NCBI GenBank assembly: GCA_044344255.1
Contig: JBIJDH010000007.1
Coordinates: 160,001-224,000 of the forward strand
Length of the DNA: 64,000 nucleotides
Direction of reading: 5' to 3'
DNA from: Myxococcota bacterium
GTDB taxonomy: Bacteria > Myxococcota_A > UBA796 > UBA2385
The notes under the pieces were generated by a model. The model was not told the origin of the DNA. It made no database searches and worked only from the letters and a program-made list of their open reading frames with translations. Positions 29,948 through 39,716 of this stretch are shown here, one piece after another; the first letter of the stretch is position 1; every line of letters begins with the position of its first letter. The translations under genes and the position numbers were made by a program.

Positions 29948-31763
29948 CCAGCCACAGGCGGCGGGCGGCGAAGAGCTCGAGGGCGTCGTGTTCGACCTTG
30001 CCGGCGGCGGCCTCCCGCCGGAGGATCTGGAGCGCGGTGTCGGCGGAGAGGCTCGACTTGTACGGGCGGTCGCCGGCGGTCAGCGCGTCGAAGATGTCGG
30101 CGATGGTCATGATGCGGGCGCCGTAGGGGATCTCGTCTCCCTTGAGGCCTCGGGGATAGCCGGTGCCGTCCAGCTTCTCGTGGTGGGCGAAGGCGAGCTC
30201 GGGCACCCGCTTGAGGTCACGGGTCCAGGGGATGATCTTCAGGAATTGGTGGGTGTGGGTGACATGGCTCTCGATCTCGCGCCGCTCGTCGGGGTCGAGG
30301 GAGCCGTAGGGGATGCACAGTCGACTGGCCTCCCTGCGCGACAGCACCGGCTCGCCCATGTCATCGAGCTCCCAGGCCTGGCTGATGCGCTCGAGCTCTC
30401 GGGCATCATCGAGGCTCGTCAGTGTGTTCGGTCGGTTCAAGCGGCGGATCGTGGATAGATCGCGCTTGAGCTCGCCCATGCGGTGGCTCACGCCCGGCAG
30501 GTCGCGGTTGTCGCGGATGCTCTCGAGCATGACCTGCATGGCGGCGAGGCGGAATCGGGCCTCGATCCCAGACATCTCCCAGGAGAAGAGCTTGTCTGCC
30601 TTGAGCAGCACCTGCTCGCGCACCCCGACCTTGCCAAAGTCATGAAGCATCGCCGCGTAGTGAAGCTCCGTGAGCTCCGCCTCTCCGAAACGAAGGTGGC
30701 GGAAGGGGGGATCGGTGGAGACGGTGATCTCGGCGGCGATCCGACGGGTGAGCTCGGCCACGCGGTGGGAGTGGCCGCCGGTGGTGGGGTCACGGGCCTC
30801 GATGGCGGTGACCGCAGCCTCGACGAAGCCGTCGAACAGCCCTCGGATCTCTCGGTAGAGACGGTAGTTTTCAAGGGCCACCGCCGCCTGGGAGCTGATC
30901 GAGCCGGCGAGGTCGATCTGCTGCTCGGTGAAGGGCTTCACGCGGTCGAAGTCGGTGATCGGCTGGCCGGAGATCGCCTTTCTGTTCACGAGCACCAGCA
31001 CGCCGAGCACCACGCCGTCGCGGTCGGTCATCGGGACGAGCAGGAGGGAGCGCGTCTCGTAGCCGGTCTCGGCGTCAAAGCTGAACTGGGGCCGGTAGGG
31101 CGCGTCGCTCGGGATCGCGTGGGTGTCGGGGATGTTGAGCGGCTGGCCGGTGAGGGCCACGAAGCCCGTGAGCGAGCGGTCGTCGATGCGGAGCTCGGTG
31201 TGCGGCGCTCGGAAGGGGATCGTGTCGTTCTGGCTGCAGAAGAAGCGCAGGTGGCCGCGCTCGACGAGGTAGATGCTGCCGCCGTCTGCGAAGAGCGCGC
31301 GCCGGGCCTGGGTGAGCACCGTGTCGAGGAGGTCGGCCTGGCTCGTCTGCGCAGACAAGGCGAGGCCGATCTCGTTCAGGGTGCGGATCGTCTGTCGCTC
31401 TCCCCGCACCCGGTTGAGCAGCTGGTCTCGCTCGACGAGGTTGCGGAGCGTGCGCTTGAGGCGCCCGCGCACCTGCTCCGGGGTGATGACCTCGTAACAC
31501 TCGAGATCCAGGCGGTGGCTGATGGCGATGACGTTGGAGCCGAGCTTCCCGCCCGCGCGGACGAGCGTGAGGTCGGCCACGACGACGCAGCCGTAGAGCT
31601 CGGAGGGCTCGCCCGTGGCGCTGCGCACGAAGTCGGCGCCGATCGACCGGGCGACATCGCGGACAAGGAGGGTGTAGGGGCTGTTGGGGGGGACGCAGGT
31701 CACCTGAGGCCGATCGCGGACGGTCGGCTCGGCTTCCAGCACCAGCGAGGCGAGGGCTTCCAT
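29937..31763 (-). CDS. GAF + HD-GYP cyclic dinucleotide phosphodiesterase
   Basis: GAF domain (TGFVA..GQPLNIPD..FD.ETGY.TRS.L.VP); GHS.RV; LHDFGK; HHEKLDGTGYP; DIFDALT..RPYK; start uncertain. Confidence 0.9.
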   Translation of the reverse strand: MEALASLVLEAEPTVRDRPQVTCVPPNSPYTLLVRDVARSIGADFVRSATGEPSELYGCVVVADLTLVRAGGKLGSNVIAISHRLDLECYEVITPEQVRGRLKRTLRNLVERDQLLNRVRGERQTIRTLNEIGLALSAQTSQADLLDTVLTQARRALFADGGSIYLVERGHLRFFCSQNDTIPFRAPHTELRIDDRSLTGFVALTGQPLNIPDTHAIPSDAPYRPQFSFDAETGYETRSLLLVPMTDRDGVVLGVLVLVNRKAISGQPITDFDRVKPFTEQQIDLAGSISSQAAVALENYRLYREIRGLFDGFVEAAVTAIEARDPTTGGHSHRVAELTRRIAAEITVSTDPPFRHLRFGEAELTELHYAAMLHDFGKVGVREQVLLKADKLFSWEMSGIEARFRLAAMQVMLESIRDNRDLPGVSHRMGELKRDLSTIRRLNRPNTLTSLDDARELERISQAWELDDMGEPVLSRREASRLCIPYGSLDPDERREIESHVTHTHQFLKIIPWTRDLKRVPELAFAHHEKLDGTGYPRGLKGDEIPYGARIMTIADIFDALTAGDRPYKSSLSADTALQILRREAAAGKVEHDALELFAARRLWLGVV

Positions 31764-31863
31764 GCCTCGGCATCCTACCGGAAGGGGGGGGGGCTGGAAA
31801 GGGTCGGCCCTTGCCCGACCGGCGGGGCGGCCATACAGCGGGCCCCTCCTCTCGGAGGGTGGG

Positions 31864-33252
31864 ATGGTCGAGTCGAGCGCTCGTGTGGCGGTGGTCCTCG
31901 CGGCGGGGATGGGCACCCGGATGTGCTCGAGGCGGAGCAAGGTGCTGCATCCGCTCCTGGGTCGGGCGATGGTGGCCTTCCCGGTGAGCGCGGCCCAAGC
32001 GGCTGGCCTCGAGGTGGTGGTGGTCGTTCATCACCAGGAGGAGGCCGTGCGGGCCTCCCTGGCCGGCACCGGCGCGCGCTTCGCCCGCCAGGAGGAGCCG
32101 CGGGGCACGGGAGACGCGGTGCGGTCTGCCTTCTCGGCCCTCCCGAGCGCCGGTCTCGTGGTGGTGCTGGCCGGCGACGCGCCGCTCTTTCGCACCGAGA
32201 CCCTGAGCGCGCTGGTCGCGGCCCACGGCGACAACCTCGCCACCGTGCTCACGGCGCGGCTCCCCGACGCCGGCTCGTACGGCCGCATCGTGCGCGACGC
32301 CGCAGGGCGGGTGGTCCGCATCGTCGAGGCGCGGGAGGCGAGCCCGGAAGAGCGGGCCCTCCAGGAGTTCAACACCGGGGCCTACGCCTTTGACCTCGCC
32401 TGGCTGCGCGAGGTGGTGCCGCGGCTGCCCTGCCACGCGGGCTCCGGGGAGATCTACCTCACCGACGTCGTCGAGCTGGCCGCGCAGGCGGGGCGGGCCG
32501 GCGCCGTCGAGCACGGAGACGTCGTCGAGGTGATGGGCGTCAACGACCGCGAGGCGCTGTCTGTGGCGCGGGCGGTGCTCCAGGAGCGGGTGCTCCGCGG
32601 TCACGCGCTCCGGGGGGTGACCTTCGAGTCTCCAGCCACCACCCTCGTCGAGATCGACGTCCAGATCGGTATGGACGTCACGGTCGGCCCCGGGGTGGTG
32701 CTCCGAGGGGACACCCGCATCGCCAGCGGCGCGACCATCGGCGCGGGCTCGGTGCTCGAGGACGCCCACATCGGTGAGGACGTCGTGCTGCGGCCGTACA
32801 CGCTGGTCGAGGCCTCGAGCGTGCACGCCCGGAGCACCGTCGGCCCCTTCGCTCGCCTCCGCCCGGAGACCGAGGTGGGGGAGGGCTGTCACGTCGGCAA
32901 CTTCGTCGAGATCAAGAAGTCGCAGATCGAGGACGGCGCCAAGGTGCCCCACCTCTCGTATGTCGGCGACGCCCGCGTCGGTCGGCGGGCGAACGTGGGC
33001 GCGGGCACCATCACGTGCAATTACGACGGCTTCAAAAAGCACAAGACCGACATCGGGGAGGGCGCCTTCATCGGGTCGAACTCGTCCCTCGTGGCGCCCG
33101 TGTCCGTGGGGGCCGGCGCCATCGTGGGGGCGGGCTCGGTCATCACCCGGGACGTCCCCGCAGGCGCCGTCGCCGTGGCCCGCGGGGAGCAGCGGGTCTC
33201 CGAGGGGGCGGCCGAGCCCTTCCGCGCCCGCCGCAAGAAGGAGCGCGCGTGA
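31864..33252 (+). CDS. glmU: Bifunctional UDP-GlcNAc pyrophosphorylase / glucosamine-1-P acetyltransferase
   Basis: LAAGMGTRM.S..SKVLH; GTGDA; EIYLTD; GVNDR; GPFARLRP; GNFVEIK; GAGTITCNYDG. Confidence 0.96.
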   Translation: MVESSARVAVVLAAGMGTRMCSRRSKVLHPLLGRAMVAFPVSAAQAAGLEVVVVVHHQEEAVRASLAGTGARFARQEEPRGTGDAVRSAFSALPSAGLVVVLAGDAPLFRTETLSALVAAHGDNLATVLTARLPDAGSYGRIVRDAAGRVVRIVEAREASPEERALQEFNTGAYAFDLAWLREVVPRLPCHAGSGEIYLTDVVELAAQAGRAGAVEHGDVVEVMGVNDREALSVARAVLQERVLRGHALRGVTFESPATTLVEIDVQIGMDVTVGPGVVLRGDTRIASGATIGAGSVLEDAHIGEDVVLRPYTLVEASSVHARSTVGPFARLRPETEVGEGCHVGNFVEIKKSQIEDGAKVPHLSYVGDARVGRRANVGAGTITCNYDGFKKHKTDIGEGAFIGSNSSLVAPVSVGAGAIVGAGSVITRDVPAGAVAVARGEQRVSEGAAEPFRARRKKERA

Positions 33253-35768
33253 ACCGCCCGCCCTTCGGTGCTCCTCCCCCGTTCGGTGGCCCCTCGGACG
33301 ACGGGCTGGACGACGCCTTTGGGTATGTCCAGGAGGATCGTCGGCCGCCGCCGCCCTTGAGCGCGCACCCGCTCACCCACGCGCTGAACCCCGAGCAGGC
33401 GCGGGCGGTCACCACCATCCATGGGCCGCTGCTGGTGCTCGCCGGCGCCGGCTCCGGCAAGACCCGCGTGCTCACGCACCGCATCGGGTGGATGCTCGAG
33501 CAAGGGGTGCGGCCCTGGAACATCCTCGCGGTCACCTTCACGAACAAGGCGGCGGGCGAGATGAAGGAGCGCGTGGCCCACCTCGTGGGCGTGGGCGCCC
33601 GGGACATCCTGGTCACGACCTTCCACTCCGCCTGCGTGCGCTTCCTCCGGCGCGACATCGAGGCCCTCGGCTACAACCGCGCCTTCACCATCCTCGACGC
33701 CGACGATCAGAAGAAGCTCATCAAGGACCTCTCGGTCGAGCTCAAGGTCGACGTCGAGAAGTGGTCGCCGGCCTCGATCCGCGGGCGGATCGACGGCTAC
33801 AAGAACAGCCTCGTCGGGCCCGACGAGGTGCCGAAGGCCGAGCTCCGCACCCCCGGCGATCCGCTGCTGATGGTGTGGAAGGCCTACGAGGCCCGCCTCC
33901 GCGCCCAGAGCGCGGTCGACTTCAACGACCTCATCAACCTCGTCGTCCGCCTGTGGACCGAGCGCCCCGACATCCTCGCGCGGTACCAAGAGCGGTACCA
34001 GTACGTGATGGTCGACGAGTACCAGGACACCAACCGCGCGCAGTACGAGCTGGTGCGCTTGCTCGTCGGCACGGTGACCGGTCGCAGCCGCAACCTGATG
34101 GTGGTCGGCGACGATGACCAGAGCATCTACGCCTTCCGTGGCGCTGACATCCGCAACATCCTTGACTTCGAGAAGGACTTTCCGGAGGCCGGGACCGTTC
34201 GGCTGGAGCAGAACTACCGATCGACGGGCACCATCCTCAAGGCCGCCCACTCGGTGGTGAAGAACAACCGCGGACGGATGGAGAAGGAGCTCTGGACGGA
34301 CCAGGGCCCCGGCGAGAAGCTCGGGATGATCGTGGCCGCCGACGACGCTGAGGAGGCCAGCCAGCTCGCCTCGTCCATGCGGCGGCTCGGCGGGGAGGGC
34401 TTCCGTTGGGGAGACATGGCGGTGATCTACCGGACCAACGCGACCTCGCGGGCGATCGAGCAGGTGCTCGTGCGCGAGCGGATCCCCCACGTGCTCGTCG
34501 GGGCCCGAAAGTTCTATGAGCGGCAGGAGGTGACGATCCTCATCGCCTACCTGCGCCTCGTCATCAATCCGACGGATGACATCGCCTTTGAGAAGGTGAT
34601 CAACGTACCGGCCCGGGGCCTCGGCCCGAAGGCCATCGAGGAGATGGCGCAGATCAAGGCCGACCAGGGGCTGTCGATGCTCGAGGCCGCTCGACGCTGG
34701 GGGGCTGGAAGCGGGCGAGGGCGGGCCTCTGCGGCGCGCTTCGTCGACGTCATCGATGGTCTTCGCAGCGCCTCCCTTCGCCTGAAGCCGGAGGAGCTCG
34801 TGCTCCGCGCCGCCGATGACTCCGGCTACCGAGCGGCCCTGCGCGCCGAGAACACCGAGGTCTCCCAGAGCCGCCTCGAGAACATCGAAGAGCTCGGGCG
34901 CGCCGTGGCTGGGGACGCCGAGGCCCCCGATCCGCTGCGGGAGGGCCCTGTCACCGCCATCGACCAGCTCGTGGACTTCCTCGATCGGGTCTCTCTCGCA
35001 GGCCAGTCCGACGAGCTGCCCGACAGCGAGGACGGCAAGGGCGCCGTCACCCTGCTGACCGCCCACCTCGCCAAGGGGCTGGAGTTTCCGGTCGTCTTCG
35101 TGGTGGGGCTCTACGAGGGCGGCTTCCCCCACTTCATGGCCCGGGACAAGGAGGAGGACATCGAGGAGGAGCGCCGGCTCGTCTACGTGGCCTTCACCCG
35201 CGCCAAGCAGCGCCTCACCGTGACCCGCGCGCGGCGGCGGATGATCCCGGGCAAGGGGTATGTGGACGTTGAGATCTCCCGCTTCCTCCGAGAGGTCCCC
35301 TCGAACCTCATCCAGTGGTCGGGGAGCGGCGGCTACACCGCCTCGACCGCGGAGGTGGATCGGGCCCAGCGGATGGCCCGGCTCGGGCTGGATCCGGACG
35401 CCACCTCCCGCGGCCGGCCTCCCGCGCGCCCTGCGACCTTCGCTCCGTCGTCGAGCTCGTCTTCGTCGGCCCCGCCGCGCCGCCCGCAGCCGGGCCTGCC
35501 CTTCCGTTCGCCGCTGCCCGCGCCCTCCGAGTCCGAGTCGCTCTCCCTCGTCGATGAAGCCTCGATGGGGGTCCACCGGACCCGCGTCCCCGAGGGGCCG
35601 GAGGATCTGCGGGTGGGTCAGCGGGTGCTGCATCCGCAGTTTGGCGTGGGCGAGATCCGGCGCACGGATGGCGCCCCCTCGAACTTGAAAGTGACAATTC
35701 ATTTCGACCGCGCCGGTCCGAAGACCCTGTTCGCGCGGCATGCTCATCTGGAGATACTGCTACCGTAG
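33249..35768 (+). CDS. pcrA: ATP-dependent DNA helicase UvrD/PcrA
   Basis: AGAGSGKT; TFTNKAA; DEYQDTN; VGDDDQSIY; LEQNYRS; H.AKGLEF; EERRL.YVA.TRA; C-terminal HPQFG.G domain; GTGA overlap with glmU. Confidence 0.95.
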   Translation: MNRPPFGAPPPFGGPSDDGLDDAFGYVQEDRRPPPPLSAHPLTHALNPEQARAVTTIHGPLLVLAGAGSGKTRVLTHRIGWMLEQGVRPWNILAVTFTNKAAGEMKERVAHLVGVGARDILVTTFHSACVRFLRRDIEALGYNRAFTILDADDQKKLIKDLSVELKVDVEKWSPASIRGRIDGYKNSLVGPDEVPKAELRTPGDPLLMVWKAYEARLRAQSAVDFNDLINLVVRLWTERPDILARYQERYQYVMVDEYQDTNRAQYELVRLLVGTVTGRSRNLMVVGDDDQSIYAFRGADIRNILDFEKDFPEAGTVRLEQNYRSTGTILKAAHSVVKNNRGRMEKELWTDQGPGEKLGMIVAADDAEEASQLASSMRRLGGEGFRWGDMAVIYRTNATSRAIEQVLVRERIPHVLVGARKFYERQEVTILIAYLRLVINPTDDIAFEKVINVPARGLGPKAIEEMAQIKADQGLSMLEAARRWGAGSGRGRASAARFVDVIDGLRSASLRLKPEELVLRAADDSGYRAALRAENTEVSQSRLENIEELGRAVAGDAEAPDPLREGPVTAIDQLVDFLDRVSLAGQSDELPDSEDGKGAVTLLTAHLAKGLEFPVVFVVGLYEGGFPHFMARDKEEDIEEERRLVYVAFTRAKQRLTVTRARRRMIPGKGYVDVEISRFLREVPSNLIQWSGSGGYTASTAEVDRAQRMARLGLDPDATSRGRPPARPATFAPSSSSSSSAPPRRPQPGLPFRSPLPAPSESESLSLVDEASMGVHRTRVPEGPEDLRVGQRVLHPQFGVGEIRRTDGAPSNLKVTIHFDRAGPKTLFARHAHLEILLP

Positions 35769-35811
35769 TCGGCTCTGTGATACCGTCCCCATCCCCGGAG
35801 TAGCCCCCCTC

Positions 35812-37602
35812 ATGGATGGAAGCCTCTCGCGCCCAGGTCAGCCGCCGCCCGGTACCCCCGAGGCCGCCGCAGACCGGTCGTCCATCGTCGCCTGCCAGCA
35901 GTGTGGCGCCCGCTACAAGCTGGATGAAGGGCGGATCTCGGGCCGCGGCGCCAAGATCACGTGTCCGAAGTGCCGAAACGTCTTCGTCGTCCGGCGGGAC
36001 GCCAGCGGCAAGCTCTCGACCGGCGCGGCTGCGGTCGAGGCCGAGGTCTCCGCCGCGCCGGTCGCCGGCGCCGCGCTGAGCGGCCCCTCTGCGTGGGAGG
36101 TCCTGCCCCCCACCGATCCGGGCTTCGGCCCGGCGGCGCTCGCCGCCCTCAGCGGCGCCAGAGGGGCACCGGCCGTCGCCGCTGCGCCTTTGGCGCCGAT
36201 CGACGTGAACACGCTCGACTTCCGGCGGGTGGGCATCCAGTCCTGGAAGGTGAAGGTCAAGATCGGGCTGGTGTACGACTTCAGCGACTTCAAGACGCTC
36301 TCGAAGTACATCCACGAGGGGCGGATCACCCCCGCCGATCGGATCAGCCACAAGGCGGGGGATTGGACGCTCATCAGCGACATCGCCAGCCTGGAGCAGC
36401 ACTTCATTGACGTGTACCGCGGCGCGGAGGCCGCGCTCCTCGCGTCCCAGGCTCCTGCCGCGGAGTCCAAGGGTGAAGGAGGGGGGGCGGAAGACTACGA
36501 GTCCGACGAGCCCACCAACATCGTCGGCATGGAGGGCATGCAGAAGCCCGGCGTGGAGATCACGAACGAGGTTCCCAAGGCCTCGAGCCGGTCCTCGCAC
36601 CCGCCGGCCCCGGCCCCTGCCTTTGCTCCGGCCCGCCCCGCGGCCTCTCCGGAGTCCGCCTCGGCCATCGCGGCGATGTCCACCGGCAACCCAGCCGCCG
36701 ATACCCGGCAGTTTCATGATCCCTTCGACAAGAAGGGGGCCCCCCGTGGGGCCAAGAAGGGCGGCGGTCGCAGCGCGACCACCACCCGCCCCGAGGCGAC
36801 GGCTCCACCCCGCGCTTCGGCGGAGGCCAAGGCGATCTCGAAGGAGGCTGCCAAGAGTTCGGGTGCCGGTGGCATCGGCGTCGTCGGTGTCTCGGCGGTG
36901 CTCGTATTCCTGGCCTGTGGCGCAGCCGCGGTCTGGTACTTCTACCTGCGCGAGCCTGCGCCGTCGGCTGTCGGGGCGCCGATCGCCGCCGCCGGCCCTG
37001 CCTCCGCGGCGGGCCCCACTGCCGAGGCTGGCACCACTGGCGCGCCCTCGGATCGCGGGGAGGTGATCGGCCAGATCACCGAGAACACCAAGCCCGTGGA
37101 GGCGGAGAAGGACGACTGGGGGATCGAGGAGGACCCCGTCCTCATCCCCGTCGGGCCGCGCGGCGGCACCCCGTCTCGGGCCAGCACCTCGCCGCCGAGT
37201 CAGGCCGGCGGCGCACGGTCGGCGCCCCCCGCTGCGGCGGGCGCAGGCACCTCGAGCGCGGCGGATCACGCCGCGGTGGGCGACGACGCGGCGCGGAACC
37301 GGGACTGGGCCAACGCAGCCCAGGCTTATGCCAACGCGGTCCAGGCTGATCCGCGAAACGCCACCTACGCGACGAAGTACGGTGAGGCGCTGTACCGCTC
37401 AGGCGACCTCGCCGGCGCCACCCAGGCGCTGACGAAGGCGACCCAGCTCGGCTCCAAGAAGGCCTGGCGGTTCCTCGGTGACATCGCCCGCGATCAAGGG
37501 GACGCCGCCGGCGCGATCAGCGCCTACCAGAAGTACCTCCAGTCGGGACCTTCGGACGCCGCCCAGGTGCAGGCCGAGATCGACAAGCTACAGAAAGGCT
37601 GA
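35812..37602 (+). CDS. Zinc-ribbon (MJ0042-like) + GYF-like + TM + TPR protein
   Basis: CQQCGARY...KITCPKC; domain LSKYIHEGRITPADRIS...W; TM helix; C-terminal TPR helices. Confidence 0.8.
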   Translation: MDGSLSRPGQPPPGTPEAAADRSSIVACQQCGARYKLDEGRISGRGAKITCPKCRNVFVVRRDASGKLSTGAAAVEAEVSAAPVAGAALSGPSAWEVLPPTDPGFGPAALAALSGARGAPAVAAAPLAPIDVNTLDFRRVGIQSWKVKVKIGLVYDFSDFKTLSKYIHEGRITPADRISHKAGDWTLISDIASLEQHFIDVYRGAEAALLASQAPAAESKGEGGGAEDYESDEPTNIVGMEGMQKPGVEITNEVPKASSRSSHPPAPAPAFAPARPAASPESASAIAAMSTGNPAADTRQFHDPFDKKGAPRGAKKGGGRSATTTRPEATAPPRASAEAKAISKEAAKSSGAGGIGVVGVSAVLVFLACGAAAVWYFYLREPAPSAVGAPIAAAGPASAAGPTAEAGTTGAPSDRGEVIGQITENTKPVEAEKDDWGIEEDPVLIPVGPRGGTPSRASTSPPSQAGGARSAPPAAAGAGTSSAADHAAVGDDAARNRDWANAAQAYANAVQADPRNATYATKYGEALYRSGDLAGATQALTKATQLGSKKAWRFLGDIARDQGDAAGAISAYQKYLQSGPSDAAQVQAEIDKLQKG

Positions 37603-37608
37603 GCGATA

Positions 37609-39267
37609 GTGCACATTGTCTGCGACAACTGTGGGGCCGAGTACGAGTACGATCTGCCCGAGACCCCCTCCGGCTCGACGGGTCGGAACCTCCGGTTCCG
37701 CTGCAGCGCCTGTGGGCACCGCTTCCTGGCGGTGAAGAGCGTCGACCTCCACACCGAAGAGACCTCCCGAATCCCGACGGTGCCGCTCGGATCGGTCGAC
37801 GAGGTGCCGCCCTCGCTGGTCCAGCCGAGCGGCGGTCCGGCCAACCTCCCGTCGGGGGCGATGCTGCTCAAGCAAGACGGGGTGGTCTACCCGCTCGCCG
37901 ACCTCGCGACCCTGCAGCGGTGGGTGGTCGAACGACGGGTCTTTCGAGAGGACCTCGTCTCTTCGGGGGACGGACAGTGGGAGATCGTCGGCCTCCGCGG
38001 CGACCTGGAGACCTTCTTCCGCCTCGTCGAGCGCGCCGGCTGGACCCAGGGGGAGCCCCCGGCTCGGCCGGCCTCCTCCGATTGGCCCCTTCGTCCGCCG
38101 CTGGACCTCCCGGCGCGAGGGTCCGGTGAGGAAGAGGAGGAGGCGACGGAGTCGATGGGCGCGGCGGCGCCGGGCTACGTCGCGCCGCTCCGCTCGCCCG
38201 CCGCGTCCTCCGCGTCCTCCGCGTCCTTCTTCGGCGACGCGCCGGGGTCCGGCGTGGACGAGCTGCCGATGGACGATCCCACCGCCGATGCGCCCACCAC
38301 GTGGGCGCCTCCGCTCCTCAAGTCGGCGCCGACGCTCGTCCCGGAGCTCGACGCCACGGAGGCGCCGGCGGTGCCCCGGCTGGACCCGCGTCGCCCGGCG
38401 CTCTCGTCGGGGCCGGCCCTGTCCTCGCGGCCGGCCTTGTCCTCCGCGCCGGCCCTGTCCTCGCCGCCGGCCTTGTCTTCCGCGCCGGCCCTGTCCCCCC
38501 GGCCGACCCGACCCCCACGAGCAGACCCCGGGAACCTGAGCCCCGCGCGGTTCGAGGATGAGGGTGAGCCCGATCCCTTCGAGGTGGAGCGGAAGCCCTC
38601 CTCGGCGATCCACTTCGTCCTGATCGCCGCGCTCTGCGTGTTCGGTATCGGCGCGCTCTACCTCTGGAACCAGTCCCGCGCCCCGGCGGGCCGGCCCAGC
38701 GCGGCGCCTGCGACCGCCGTCGTCCCGGCCGCCTCGCCCGCGAGCTCGGGGACCGCCGCCCCGCCGGCGTCCACCCCGACGGGGACTGCTCCCCCTCCGC
38801 CCTCCGCGGCTCCCGCGCCGTCGGAGGCCGCAGCGGCTCCCCCGGCTCCCCCGGCTCCCCCGGCTCCCCCGGCTCCCCCGGCGGCCCCGGCGGCCCCGGC
38901 GGCCCCCCCCGCGGTCGCGGCCAGCCAGACCACGGCCAGCCAGACCACGGCCCGCAAGAGCACCGGCGCCGCCTCCGCCGATCGGCCGAAGGGGAAGGTT
39001 GGCGCCGCCTCGCTGATCAAGAAGGGTTGGGCCGCGATCGAGGCCGGCGATCTCGAGACCGCCGAGCGCACCTTCGCTCAAGCGACCGACGCCAACCCCC
39101 GCAGCGGGCCCGCGCTGTACGGCCTTGGTTATGTGAGCGAGAAGCGTGGGGACCGCTCCACCGCCGCCGTACACTATTGTGAAGCCCGTGCCTACGGCGC
39201 CAATGACCCGGCGCTCCTCCGAGAGGTGGACGCTCGCCTCGCGGCGATCAGCCGGACCTGCAATTGA
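37609..39267 (+). CDS. Zinc-ribbon + GYF-like + TM + TPR-like protein with Pro/Ala repeats
   Basis: CDNC...FRCSAC; LQRWVVERRV..EDLVS...W; TM helix; C-terminal TPR-like segment. Confidence 0.8.
   Translation: MHIVCDNCGAEYEYDLPETPSGSTGRNLRFRCSACGHRFLAVKSVDLHTEETSRIPTVPLGSVDEVPPSLVQPSGGPANLPSGAMLLKQDGVVYPLADLATLQRWVVERRVFREDLVSSGDGQWEIVGLRGDLETFFRLVERAGWTQGEPPARPASSDWPLRPPLDLPARGSGEEEEEATESMGAAAPGYVAPLRSPAASSASSASFFGDAPGSGVDELPMDDPTADAPTTWAPPLLKSAPTLVPELDATEAPAVPRLDPRRPALSSGPALSSRPALSSAPALSSPPALSSAPALSPRPTRPPRADPGNLSPARFEDEGEPDPFEVERKPSSAIHFVLIAALCVFGIGALYLWNQSRAPAGRPSAAPATAVVPAASPASSGTAAPPASTPTGTAPPPPSAAPAPSEAAAAPPAPPAPPAPPAPPAAPAAPAAPPAVAASQTTASQTTARKSTGAASADRPKGKVGAASLIKKGWAAIEAGDLETAERTFAQATDANPRSGPALYGLGYVSEKRGDRSTAAVHYCEARAYGANDPALLREVDARLAAISRTCN
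38395..38502 (+). repeat. 18-bp degenerate coding repeat (PALSSx) x6
   Basis: PALSSG-PALSSR-PALSSA-PALSSP-PALSSA-PALSPR. Confidence 0.85.
38836..38907 (+). repeat. 9-bp coding repeats (GCTCCCCCG)5 followed by (GCGGCCCCG)~3
   Basis: Read directly; encodes an APP/AAP linker. Confidence 0.9.
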
Positions 39268-39294
39268 GGGCGCCCACGGGCCAGGAGTTTGAGG

Positions 39295-39681
39295 ATGAGT
39301 CGAAGGCACATTCGGGTGGTCGCCGCCGAGATTGAGCGCGGGGGGCGGTTCCTCATCACCCAACGTCGGCCCGAAGCGACGATGCCCCTCTTGTGGGAGT
39401 TCCCCGGCGGCCGTGTCGAGCCCGGGGAGTCCGACGCCGCGGCCCTCCAGCGGGAGCTCCGAGAGGAGATGGGCATCACCGTCGAGGTCGGCTCGCTCGC
39501 GATGCAGGTGTCTCACGACTACCCGGCCTACAAGGTGGATCTCGTGGTCTATCGCGCCACGACCGACGACGAGCCGGCGGCGCTGCGGGTGCACGCCTTC
39601 CGCTGGGTCGCCCCCGAAGAGTTTGATCAGTACGAGTTCCCGAGCGCAGACCAGCAGACGGTCGATCTCCTCTTGCGCTGA
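39295..39681 (+). CDS. NUDIX hydrolase (MutT/NudG-like)
   Basis: WEFPGGRVEPGES..AL.RELREEMG; ADQ near the C-terminus. Confidence 0.92.
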   Translation: MSRRHIRVVAAEIERGGRFLITQRRPEATMPLLWEFPGGRVEPGESDAAALQRELREEMGITVEVGSLAMQVSHDYPAYKVDLVVYRATTDDEPAALRVHAFRWVAPEEFDQYEFPSADQQTVDLLLR

Positions 39682-39716
39682 TCGGCCGTGGGGCTGCGGG
39701 GGCCGCCGCGCGACGC

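Noticed and set aside
33021..35747. 908-aa minus-strand ORF
   Set aside because: Antisense shadow of pcrA/uvrD
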